Positions 42,965-52,326 of a DNA stretch of 59,706 nt are shown here, in pieces; the stretch's first letter is position 1; each line of letters opens with the position of its first letter. The notes beneath the pieces were generated by a model. The model did no database searches and was not told where the DNA came from. It worked only from the letters and a program-made list of their open reading frames with translations. Origin of the DNA: an uncultured Clostridia bacterium (lineage in GTDB: Bacteria > Bacillota > Clostridia > Oscillospirales > CAG-272). The stretch spans positions 1-59,706 of the forward strand of contig CALWQR010000004.1 in the NCBI GenBank assembly GCA_944383705.1, in the 5' to 3' direction. The translations under genes were made by a program, and so were the position numbers.

Positions 42965-43401
42965 AATTCGTTCCTGCCGTTTTTTGTTGAAATCTGACAA
43001 TCAACGACCGATCCGTACCGGCGCGTTATTGCCGGTCGCTCCGCTGCCAAACCGGGCCGGAGCCCATCGGTCGGGAGCCGCGCCGGCCCCATCCCTCCCC
43101 TCACCGGGCAGGGAAGGGGCCGGCGCGGCTGTATTCTTTTTCCGCCTGTTTTTCGCCGCCAATTGCAACCTGTATGCGTTTTTTTGACGCTCCCGCGTGC
43201 TTGCAGGGGCGCTTTGGGAACGTCCGGGCTGCCGCCGGCGGGAATTGTCGCTCCCTCCGCTTCACGCCGTAACAATCCGGCCCGGCAAAATTTCGGTTCG
43301 AAAAATTCCGGAAAAGGGTTGCTTTTCGGCTTCTGTTGTGGTATAATAGGTCCACCTGTGGGACACCGCAGGAATCCGTGGCAGAAAAGGAGAATGCCGT
43401 T

Positions 43402-43899
43402 ATGAGAAAATGTCTGTGGATGGGGGCGATTTTGCTGCTGGCGGTGGCCGTATCGGGCTGCTCGATGTTTGCCGACCCCAAAACTGCGGATCCGAAGGAC
43501 TTTACCCTGGAGGAACTGACCATTACGCTGACCGACGCTTTCAGCGACCTGGAGGTGGAGGGGGCCACCGGCGCGTTCCAGTCCCGGGACTGCTCCGTGT
43601 TTCTGATTCGGGAGGGGCTGGATCGGTTTGAAAACGGCTCCGAGATGACCATTGCGGATTACGCCGAACGGGTTCAGGAAAACAACCAAATGGAAGTGGA
43701 AATCAAAACCGAGGGCGACCTGACCTACTTCGAGCGTTCTGCCACGACGGACGGCCAAACGTTCAACTATTACAGTGTGATGTACCGCGCACCGGAGGCC
43801 TTCTGGCTGCTGCAGTTTGCCTGTGAGAGCGACGATTACGAGGTCTACCGCCCCTACTTTGTCAGCTGGGCCCAGTCCGTGACCTTTGCCGGAGCATAA
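43402..43899 (+). CDS. Hypothetical lipoprotein (possibly PsbP/DcrB-like fold)
   Basis: Lipobox VSGC; AAGGAG RBS; TG-TATAAT promoter upstream. Confidence 0.75.
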   Translation: MRKCLWMGAILLLAVAVSGCSMFADPKTADPKDFTLEELTITLTDAFSDLEVEGATGAFQSRDCSVFLIREGLDRFENGSEMTIADYAERVQENNQMEVEIKTEGDLTYFERSATTDGQTFNYYSVMYRAPEAFWLLQFACESDDYEVYRPYFVSWAQSVTFAGA

Positions 43900-44038
43900 T
43901 CTGCCGGCAACGGGGGTACGCGGGCGCCTGCGCGGCAGCTGCCGCCTGCCGCCATTTTGAGAAAAGGAAATGCGCTTTGCGCATTGGCGAAAACTTTAGT
44001 CAAACTGACAAAACCCCTTGCTTTGGTCAACAGTCTGT

Positions 44039-44086
44039 AAGGCCCGTATGGGTGCTGCCATGCAGCGCCCATACGGGCCTTTTTTT
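44039..44086. terminator. Intrinsic terminator between convergent genes
   Basis: aaggcccgtatgggtgctgc-cat-gcagcgcccatacgggcctt followed by a T-run. Confidence 0.8.
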
Positions 44087-44119
44087 GACGGAAGGCGGCC
44101 GGTGGGCCGGTGCGCTTTC

Positions 44120-45067
44120 CTACTTCTGTTCCTGCCGGCTGTCGATGAATTTTCCCTTGGACAACCGGAAAAGTCCCGGGGGCATTCCTTCCAGCCGTTT
44201 GAAAAACCGATTGAAATTGTTATGCTCGGAAAAGCCGAGCATTTCGCTGATTTGCTGCAGGCTGTAATCGGTTTCCAGCAGCAGCTTCCGGGCCTGCTTG
44301 GCCTTGCAGGAATCCAGATAGCTTTTGACCGACATGCCGAGGTTGGATTGAATGATATTCCGGAGCTGCCGGGGGCCGACATTCAGATATTCGGCCAGTT
44401 CCTGGACAGACAGCATCCGGTTCGGATTGTTGGCAATGTACTTTTCCAGATTGACCAGCCGGATGTCGTACGGCGGTTCGGGTGTTTGTGCCGGGGAGGT
44501 CAGAAAAATATGGCGGAGGATGTTGGTGGTCAGTACGGTCAGCAACGCTTTGATATTATAAAGACAGAACGGGCGGTTGTCATGAAATTCCTGCAGAATC
44601 AGTTCAATCAACTGGCTGATTTCATGGTCCATGGCGGCGGTGGCACTGGTGATGGCGTCAAATTGCGCCGCTATGCTTCTGCCTTGCCCGGTATCCTCAC
44701 AAATCGGGTCAAAGGTGACGGCAAACGTTTCCGCGTCCGGCTGCAGGGGCTTGAAGGAGTGGGAAATCTGCGGCGCGATCAGAATAAAGTTCCCGGTGCC
44801 GACGCGCAGATTTTGCCGTTCCGGGTCCTCATACGCGAAGGAACCGTTCAGCACACAGTGCAGCTCAAAAAACGAGTGGGCGTGTGTGGTGATATTGGGA
44901 GGAATTTTGGAACCGATTTTGTAGTGAATATAGCGGCACCAGAAAATATGAAGCTGAAAATCCCGCTGCGATGTGGTCTGATTGAACAGAGCCAGATTGT
45001 TGGCTTGCAGCATGGCGGCCTCATAATACGAGGCAGGATTCTGTAAAAAACGCTGGCTTTCGGTCAT
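44120..45067 (-). CDS. AraC family regulator with cupin sensor domain
   Basis: HAHSFFELHCV cupin; ISEMLGFSEHNNFNRFFKRLEGMPP HTH; divergent from the sugar operon. Confidence 0.92.
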   Translation of the reverse strand: MTESQRFLQNPASYYEAAMLQANNLALFNQTTSQRDFQLHIFWCRYIHYKIGSKIPPNITTHAHSFFELHCVLNGSFAYEDPERQNLRVGTGNFILIAPQISHSFKPLQPDAETFAVTFDPICEDTGQGRSIAAQFDAITSATAAMDHEISQLIELILQEFHDNRPFCLYNIKALLTVLTTNILRHIFLTSPAQTPEPPYDIRLVNLEKYIANNPNRMLSVQELAEYLNVGPRQLRNIIQSNLGMSVKSYLDSCKAKQARKLLLETDYSLQQISEMLGFSEHNNFNRFFKRLEGMPPGLFRLSKGKFIDSRQEQK

Positions 45068-45593
45068 GGCGCATATCCTCTCTTTTTCTGCTTCGGTCTG
45101 GCGGTTACCAATAGTATAACATAAAATTGATTTGTTTCCAAGTGGTTTTCTGTTTTTTCTTTTGGTTTGGCTGAATTCTGATGATGGGGGCAGAGGGCGG
45201 GGGGCAAGCGTCAGTCCTCCGTTGGATTGCATCGCGGTGCCGTTTGGATTTCAGGACGGCCTGATTTTTTGAACAATTGGGACAAAAATCAAGTGAATAT
45301 CTGCCATAAACCAGCCAATTTATTGTCTGCCGTTCCGGCTTTCTCGGCTTCTGTTGCTTCTGTTCTTCGGCTTGCGGGATATCATTTTGGTATACGATTT
45401 CTGAAATTGATACTCAATTTTCCGAAAATGATGTTGATATCGCGCCAAATTGTGCTATCATTATATTGCATTCTGCGAAGAGAAAAAACAGAAAAAAGAG
45501 AGGTGAAGAGCCATGCGTATGCCACAGCCCGATACCGGATAGCGCCCGCACCGGAAAACAAAAGCGAAACAGAAATCAGTTCAGGAGGTTTGT

Positions 45594-45821
45594 ATGTGGA
45601 AAAAGCAGAGGTCTGCCGTCTGTTTTCTGCTGGCTTTGCTGTTGGCGGCGGGCGGGCTTGCCGCCTGTCGTCAGAAGCAGGAGCCGGGGGAGAACGGGCA
45701 AACGGCCGAAACCATTGTAACAGGAACGGATGAGGATGGTATGAAGTACACAACGGTATCGTTAACCGATTCGGGGCTGGCAAGAGCGTTTTATGCTGTA
45801 TTTTGGCGGGGGTATTATTGA
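45594..45821 (+). pseudogene. Truncated lipoprotein N-terminus
   Basis: AGGAGG RBS, lipobox LAAC, linker, then runs out of frame into the next gene's signal-peptide DNA. Confidence 0.55.
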
Positions 45822-47061
45822 TGATGAGTGTGAGCTGCAAAAAAGATGAAGAAACACCGAACGTCCCTTCCTCCGGTGGGGATGCATATGGCTTGGTGAT
45901 TGACATTGCCAAGGAGGCGTCCTCGACGGCGCATACCTTTGAGACGATTCAGGCCATGATGGATGGGTATGCGCAGCAGGGGCTGACGCAGGTCTGGTTC
46001 CGGCCGATTCCGGATACCTATGCGGCGACGGATAGCTGCCAAGGCTCGGTGGTCTGTGACCCGTCCATTCAGACCGATCATATGCACCGGACCGTGCACG
46101 CGGTGACCGGCTGTATACCATCCCGTTTTCCATGATCAATCTGTACGGTCCCGACGGCACTGCGCTCACCTCCACAAAGGCCGTCTATACGCGGAATCCG
46201 CATTCCGATTCGCTGCTCCAGGTCGGGACGGTGCCGAACGATTACATCTGGGGCGCGGAGCGGCTGCCGATTCTGACCGATTCGCCCGAGGCGCTCACAT
46301 CCTTCCGGGCCTGGGGATTTGAGTATCAGTACGGCGGCATCGGCTCGGACTGGGGCGACGGCTGGCACAACGGCTATGTGTACGGTGTGGCGACCGGCGC
46401 GCAGAATCAGCTCTGCGGCAATCTGTGTGAGGGGTTTGATTCGGTCCGGGAATACTGGCTGGGACAGGTCGACCGGTTTTATGCCAAAGGGGCGGATACG
46501 GTGATCATCAGCCTGGAGAACTCCGGCGGAATGGTTTACGACTACCGGAATTTCGGTTATAACTACCTGTATGTCAAGGAATTTTCCGAGCGCTACGGAA
46601 TTGAAATTCTGGATGAGTCCTTTGACTACCTGCAGCTGATGCGGCTGCGGGGGGAGTATTTTACCGAATTTCTGAAGGGAGTGGATGAGGTCGCCGGGCA
46701 GAACGGGAAGCGCTGGGGCGTTCAGCTGCTGGCCGCGTTTGAAAACCCCTCGCTGGATGACGACCTGAACGGACTGTGCCATTACCGGATGCCAAAAATC
46801 GTGTTCGACTGGCAGCCGGTGGTGGAGCTGTGCGACACGGTGCTGATTGCCGACCGCCAGTACAACGGGTACCAGCAGACGGTCGCATCCGCCATCCGCC
46901 AATATGCGTCCGGGCACGGCAAGCAGGTGGTGGTGATGGCGTATGCGGCGTGCGGCGCGGATGCGGCTTATCTGGAAGCCGCGCTGCAGGATCCGCTGAA
47001 TCATTGCGTGGTTACCGATTCGCCCGACGTCTGCTTCGCCCCGATTTCCAATCCGCAGTGA
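45779..47061 (+). pseudogene. Fragmented lipoprotein, uncharacterised TIM-barrel (GH-like)
   Basis: Startless signal peptide GKSVLCCILAGVLLMMSVSC; frame switch near 46100; C-part contains GNLCEGFDSVREYWLGQV..GADTV and LRGEYFTEFL. Confidence 0.55.
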
Positions 47062-47091
47062 CAGACTGCAAACACAGAAAGGATGAATATC

Positions 47092-48549
47092 ATGAAAAAA
47101 TTTTGGTTGATTGCACTGATCTGCTGCCTGCTGCTCCCGGCTTTTGCCGCCTGCAAGGACGAGGAACCCGCACCGTCCGACGAAACCGGCGGGGCGGACA
47201 GCACCCCGGCCGTGACGACCGGTACCGAAGAGCCCGATCTGTTCCCGGACATCGATCTGGAGGGGGAGGAGATCAACATTCTGATGAGCACCGAGATGAG
47301 AACCTACTGCTATGCAGAGGAAGAGGGAATCAGCCAGGTGTCGGACGAGATTTATTCGACCTACCGGAATGTCAGCGACAAATACAATGTGGAATTCGTA
47401 TTTGATTTTGAAAGCAGCCAGGGCAGCAACACGGCCAAGTTCAATTCCAAAATCACCAACAGCATTTCCAGCGGCTTCGGCAACGGCTATGACCTGATCA
47501 TGGGGCAGATGCACAGCATCAGCCTTGCCATGCAGGGCAATTACCAGAATCTTGCCAAAACCGATCTTTTGAATCTGGACGCAGATTACTACTATCAAAG
47601 CATCAACGAGTCCTCTACCATTGAGGGGCAGCTTTACGCGATTGCCGGCGCCTATAATATGGATAAGGTGAGCATGTCCATCGTGATGTTTTTCAACAAA
47701 ACCCTGCATACCGATCTCTTCGGTACGGGAGAGTACAGCAACCTGTACCAGCTGGTCAGAAACGGTGACTGGACCTATGAGGTGCTGCAGGAAATGACGC
47801 GGGAAGCCTATTCCGAAAACGGCGACGGCGAATGGAATGAAAAAGACCGGTACGGCCTGATCGGCACCAACACGGGTACGGCGGCACTGGTTGGCTCCGG
47901 CATTGTCTCGGTCATCAAAAACGCCGAGGACAAGTATCAGGTTACCTTTTATGACGATCACCTGACTACGGTATACAATGCCTATCTCGGACTGTTCGGC
48001 CAGGATTACGTCAAGGTGGACGGCACCTATGACAATGAACCGATTTTCACCTCGGGCAATTCTCTCTTCTACTCGTCGCATGTTTCCAGACTGGGGACCA
48101 TGAACGGCATGACCAGCTTCAAAATCGGCGTGCTGCCCTTCCCGAAATACGATTCGCAGCAGGAGGATTACCGGACCTATGTCAACCGCTCCGAGATGCT
48201 GTTTGTGCCGGCCAACGCCGACATGGAGATTTCGGCTACCATCATCGAGTATCTCAATTACCTGTTCCTCCAGGACGTGGTCACTGCCTATTGGGACCAG
48301 TCACTGGCCGGCCGCTTTGCCGCCGACCCCGAGGACTCCGAAATGCTGGAGCTGGCCCGGAGCTGTGTGTTTGAGGACTTCGGCCTGACCTATACCAGTA
48401 TGCTGGATTACTTTTACGCCCAGGCCGGCGAAAAACTGATGACCGGCGAGGACCTTACCAGCTGGTGGGGAGGTGTGGCAACCGGCGTCGATGAAAAGCT
48501 GCAGGCGCTGATTGAAGACTACCGCGAGCTGGCAAGCAAAGGTTATTGA
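47092..48549 (+). CDS. Extracellular solute-binding lipoprotein (sugar SBP family 1-like)
   Basis: Lipobox FAAC; GDWTYE, DRYGL, IGVLPFPKYDSQQEDY motifs. Confidence 0.85.
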   Translation: MKKFWLIALICCLLLPAFAACKDEEPAPSDETGGADSTPAVTTGTEEPDLFPDIDLEGEEINILMSTEMRTYCYAEEEGISQVSDEIYSTYRNVSDKYNVEFVFDFESSQGSNTAKFNSKITNSISSGFGNGYDLIMGQMHSISLAMQGNYQNLAKTDLLNLDADYYYQSINESSTIEGQLYAIAGAYNMDKVSMSIVMFFNKTLHTDLFGTGEYSNLYQLVRNGDWTYEVLQEMTREAYSENGDGEWNEKDRYGLIGTNTGTAALVGSGIVSVIKNAEDKYQVTFYDDHLTTVYNAYLGLFGQDYVKVDGTYDNEPIFTSGNSLFYSSHVSRLGTMNGMTSFKIGVLPFPKYDSQQEDYRTYVNRSEMLFVPANADMEISATIIEYLNYLFLQDVVTAYWDQSLAGRFAADPEDSEMLELARSCVFEDFGLTYTSMLDYFYAQAGEKLMTGEDLTSWWGGVATGVDEKLQALIEDYRELASKGY

Positions 48550-48561
48550 GCGGAGGGATGT

Positions 48562-49578
48562 ATGAGAATCATCCGATATACCAAGGAGTATGTGTTTGAC
48601 CTTTGCAGCCCGCCCACCCCGCAGTGCCATGCCTCCACCGTCCTGAAGCTGCCGGACGGCGATCTGCTGGCCGCCTGGTTCGGAGGAACCAAGGAGGGAG
48701 ACCCGGATGTAAGAATCTGGGTTTCCCGCCGCCATAACGGCAGATGGGGAAAGCCGTTTGTGATTGAGGACGGGCTTGCATGGACGCATTGGAATCCGGT
48801 TCTGTTCCGGAACCGGAAGGGGGAGATTTTCCTGTTCTACAAATCGGGTTCGGACCGGATCGAAACCTGGAAAACCTATGTCGTCCGTTCCGTTGACGGC
48901 GGCCGGAGCTTTTCCGCCGCACGCGAGCTGGTGCCTGGAGATGTGGGGGGCAGAGGACCGGTCAAAAACAAACCGATCTACCTTTCGGACGGCACGCTGC
49001 TGGCTCCCGCCTCCATCGAGCGCCCCGATATCTGGTATTGCATGATTGATATTTCCCATGACGACGGGTACACCTGGGAGGCCGTCCGGATTCCGATGCC
49101 ACTGGAGCCGGACGCCGACCCCCGCACCACGCTGATTCAGCCAACCCTGTGGGAGGCGCCGGCGGGCTGTGTGCACGCGCTGATGCGCACCAACCGCGGC
49201 TGCGCATACAGGAGCGACTCCACCGACGGCGGCAGGAGCTGGTGCGCCGCCTACCCGACGGAAATTCCGAACAACGGCAGCGGCCTGGACCTGACGCAAT
49301 TGCGGGACGGAACACTGGCTCTGGTGAGCAATCCGGTCGCCAGGCACCGCTATCCGCTGACGCTTGGCTTTTCGGACAACGGCGGGCAGAGCTTCCGCCG
49401 GGTGCTGACACTGGAGGATGACGTTGGGGAATTCTCCTATCCCGCGGTGATTGCCGACGGGAATACGCTGTACATCACCTATACCTATGACCGCCGCGGC
49501 ATTGCGTTCTTTGAGGTGACCCTGGCGGGAGACGAACCGGCCGGCGCACGGCCCGGCAGCACCCCGGCGGGCGCCTGA
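48562..49578 (+). CDS. GH33-like BNR/Asp-box beta-propeller glycosidase
   Basis: Asp-boxes SVDGGRSF, SHDDGYTW, STDGGRSW, SDNGGQSF; QCHAST, AWFGGTKEG, GPVKNKP, EFSYPAV; no signal peptide. Confidence 0.85.
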   Translation: MRIIRYTKEYVFDLCSPPTPQCHASTVLKLPDGDLLAAWFGGTKEGDPDVRIWVSRRHNGRWGKPFVIEDGLAWTHWNPVLFRNRKGEIFLFYKSGSDRIETWKTYVVRSVDGGRSFSAARELVPGDVGGRGPVKNKPIYLSDGTLLAPASIERPDIWYCMIDISHDDGYTWEAVRIPMPLEPDADPRTTLIQPTLWEAPAGCVHALMRTNRGCAYRSDSTDGGRSWCAAYPTEIPNNGSGLDLTQLRDGTLALVSNPVARHRYPLTLGFSDNGGQSFRRVLTLEDDVGEFSYPAVIADGNTLYITYTYDRRGIAFFEVTLAGDEPAGARPGSTPAGA

Positions 49579-49596
49579 GGGAAGGGAGATGACGGT

Positions 49597-52251
49597 ATGA
49601 GCAATGTTCTCAAGGTGCTTTGCGAGACACTGGAGCACCCCCTGGGGGTGGACAATCCCGCCCCCCGGTTTTCCTGGTATCCGGACGTCGGGTTCCCCTG
49701 CCTTCCGCAGGTGGGCTACCGGATCCGGGTGACGGATGAGACCGGTCGCTGCGCCTGGGACAGCGGCGAAATGCAGGACGGAACGGCCACAATGGTTCCT
49801 TACCGGGGCGAGCCCCTGCGCAGTTTTACGGTTTACCGGGTGCTGGTTGCGTGCACGCTGGCCGACGGCGCAGTGTATTGCGGGGAAACGGATTTTGAGA
49901 CTGGGATTCTGGAGCAGACCGAGTGGCAGGGGGCGTTCCTGCGTTACCCGGAATATCAGAAGCGTCAGGCGCCGGTTTTTGTCTGGCGGTTCCGGCTCGG
50001 TCAGGAGATCAGACGGGCGCGCGCCTATTTCTGCGGACTGGGGTACGGTGAGCTTATGCTCAACGGTCGCCGGACGGACAACAGTGTGCTGGATCCTGCC
50101 TGGACCGACTATACCCGGCGTGTGCTGTACCGCACGCTGGATGTGACGGCCCTGCTGCAGGCGGGGGACAACACGGCACGGATTTTGCTGGGCGACGGCT
50201 GGATGGCGCACAACCACCGCTATTTCCGGCCCAAGCCGCCGCTGCCGTGGTATCATGAGCCCTGCTTCCTGCTGAACATCCGGGTGACGTATGCGGATGG
50301 TCGCAGCGAGCTGTATGCGCCGGCTCCGGAGAGCTGCTGGGCCAACACCAGCGAAATCCTTTCCCAGAATCTGTTTGACGGGGAGGAGTACAGCGCCGTG
50401 CGCGCGCGGGAGCTGGAGCGGCAGCAGGCCGGCGGGCTGCCGGAGGCGGACGGCTGGGTGGCGCCTGTGCGTACCGACATTGCGGGGGTGCTGCGCTCCC
50501 AGCTGATGCCCCCGATTCGCGAAACCGAGGTGCTGGAGCCGGTACGGATTGTTTCCATCCAGCCCACGGTGTATGTGGCGGATATGGGAATCAATTTCTC
50601 TGGCTATGCCCGCATTTCGGTGCGCGGAGAAAAGAACGCCAGCATTCGCCTGCGCTACTCGGAGCTGGCCAACGACGATGACACCATCAATCAGGTCAAT
50701 CTGCGCTATGCGCGGTGCTGCGACGTTTACCACCTGTGCGGCGAGGGGACCGAGGTTTATTCCCCGCGCTTTACCTATCGTGGATACCGGTATCTGGAAA
50801 TCACCCTGACCGGAACCGTGCAGGTGCTGGAGGTCAGGGGCGTCCGGGTACACACGGCAGTCAATCGCATCGGGGAATTCTCCTGCGACGATGCGCTGCT
50901 GAACCGCCTGTACCGGATGCTGATCAATACCGAGCTCAACAATATGCACTCGGTTCCCACCGACTGCCCGCAGCGGGATGAACGGCTGGGGTGGATGAAT
51001 GACAACACCATGCGGCTGGAGCAGAATTTTATGAATTTTGATTCGCAGCTGTTTTATGAAAAATGGTTTGCGGACATCCTGGATGCACAGCAGAAGTGCG
51101 GGACCGGCGCGGTTCCGGATACCTGCCCGTACTATTACGGCATGTCTCCCGCGCGTTGGAATACCTCGGTGTTTGTCATGATTCCGTATTTTCTCTATCG
51201 CTATTTTGGCGACCGACAGGTCATGCAGCGGCATTGGGACGCCTTGCTCTGGTATATGGAGTACCAGAAAAGCAAGCTGACGGATGAAGGGCTGATCGAC
51301 AGCTACTATGTCGGCGAATGGTGTCCGCCGATGAAGGACAGCATTCTGGAGGATCATCAGAGCGCTTTTGCACGGGACATCAGCAATCAGCTGCTGACCT
51401 CCTGCTTTTACTACATGGAGTGTCTGCTTTGCGGCCGTATGGCGGCTATGCTGGGGGATGATCGGGCCGCGCTGGATTTTGCGGAACGGATGCGTTGCCT
51501 GAAGGAGGCCGTCAACCGTCGCTTTTTCGACCGGGACGCGGGGTGCTACCGGCCCCTGTGCCAGGGGAACCAGATTCTGCCCCTGTATCTGGGGCTTGTG
51601 CCGGAGGGAATGGAGGAACGGGTCCATGCAAATCTGATGTCCTGTATTGCCGGGCGGGATGATTATCACATGACCACCGGCAGCCATTCCACGCGTTTTC
51701 TCTTTGAGGTGCTGACCCTGCTTGGAGAGAACGATGCCGCTCTTCGGATGCTTCGCAAAACCGATTATCCCAGCTTTGGTTATATGCTGGAGAACGGGGC
51801 GACCGCTCTGTGGGAACGTTGGGAAAAAAATCTGGGCTTTATGACCTCGCACGACCACCCGATGAGCGGGGGCTTTGGCGTCTGGTTTTTCAAGGCGCTG
51901 GGGGGCTTTGGCTTTGGAATGCTGACCGAGGCACAGCCCTTGCGCATTGCCCCTGCCATACCGGCAGGTCTTGGATTTGTGCACTGCCGCCGCCGTTGTC
52001 CCACCGGGGAGCTGGTTTGCGATTGGTACAGGAGCGGAAAGGACGTGCATTTTGACATCCGGATTCCGTGGAACCAACAGGCAGAACTGGTTCTGCCGCG
52101 GCTTGGGTGCGGCCTGGAGGAGCTGACCGTCAACGGGCGGCCGGCCACGGAGGATGCGCAGCTGCGCGAAACCCCGTCCGCCTTCTGCCTGGAGGTGGGC
52201 GCGGGATACTGGCATCTGGTGCTGCGTCCGGGCGCGGCATCGGGAAACTGA
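49597..52251 (+). CDS. GH78 alpha-L-rhamnosidase
   Basis: PRFSW, WDSG, PRFTYRGYRY, PTDCPQRDERLGW, GATALWERW, SHDHPM. Confidence 0.92.
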   Translation: MSNVLKVLCETLEHPLGVDNPAPRFSWYPDVGFPCLPQVGYRIRVTDETGRCAWDSGEMQDGTATMVPYRGEPLRSFTVYRVLVACTLADGAVYCGETDFETGILEQTEWQGAFLRYPEYQKRQAPVFVWRFRLGQEIRRARAYFCGLGYGELMLNGRRTDNSVLDPAWTDYTRRVLYRTLDVTALLQAGDNTARILLGDGWMAHNHRYFRPKPPLPWYHEPCFLLNIRVTYADGRSELYAPAPESCWANTSEILSQNLFDGEEYSAVRARELERQQAGGLPEADGWVAPVRTDIAGVLRSQLMPPIRETEVLEPVRIVSIQPTVYVADMGINFSGYARISVRGEKNASIRLRYSELANDDDTINQVNLRYARCCDVYHLCGEGTEVYSPRFTYRGYRYLEITLTGTVQVLEVRGVRVHTAVNRIGEFSCDDALLNRLYRMLINTELNNMHSVPTDCPQRDERLGWMNDNTMRLEQNFMNFDSQLFYEKWFADILDAQQKCGTGAVPDTCPYYYGMSPARWNTSVFVMIPYFLYRYFGDRQVMQRHWDALLWYMEYQKSKLTDEGLIDSYYVGEWCPPMKDSILEDHQSAFARDISNQLLTSCFYYMECLLCGRMAAMLGDDRAALDFAERMRCLKEAVNRRFFDRDAGCYRPLCQGNQILPLYLGLVPEGMEERVHANLMSCIAGRDDYHMTTGSHSTRFLFEVLTLLGENDAALRMLRKTDYPSFGYMLENGATALWERWEKNLGFMTSHDHPMSGGFGVWFFKALGGFGFGMLTEAQPLRIAPAIPAGLGFVHCRRRCPTGELVCDWYRSGKDVHFDIRIPWNQQAELVLPRLGCGLEELTVNGRPATEDAQLRETPSAFCLEVGAGYWHLVLRPGAASGN

Positions 52252-52326
52252 CCGCCCGGAATCCGACTTCACGCAAACCGGATGACCCGGGGTGCGTTCC
52301 CTGTTTTTGAGAAAGGAGATTGTTCA

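Noticed and set aside
48562-49578. Canonical sialidase (nanH/nanI)
   Set aside because: No RIP motif, no signal peptide and no nan catabolic genes adjacent
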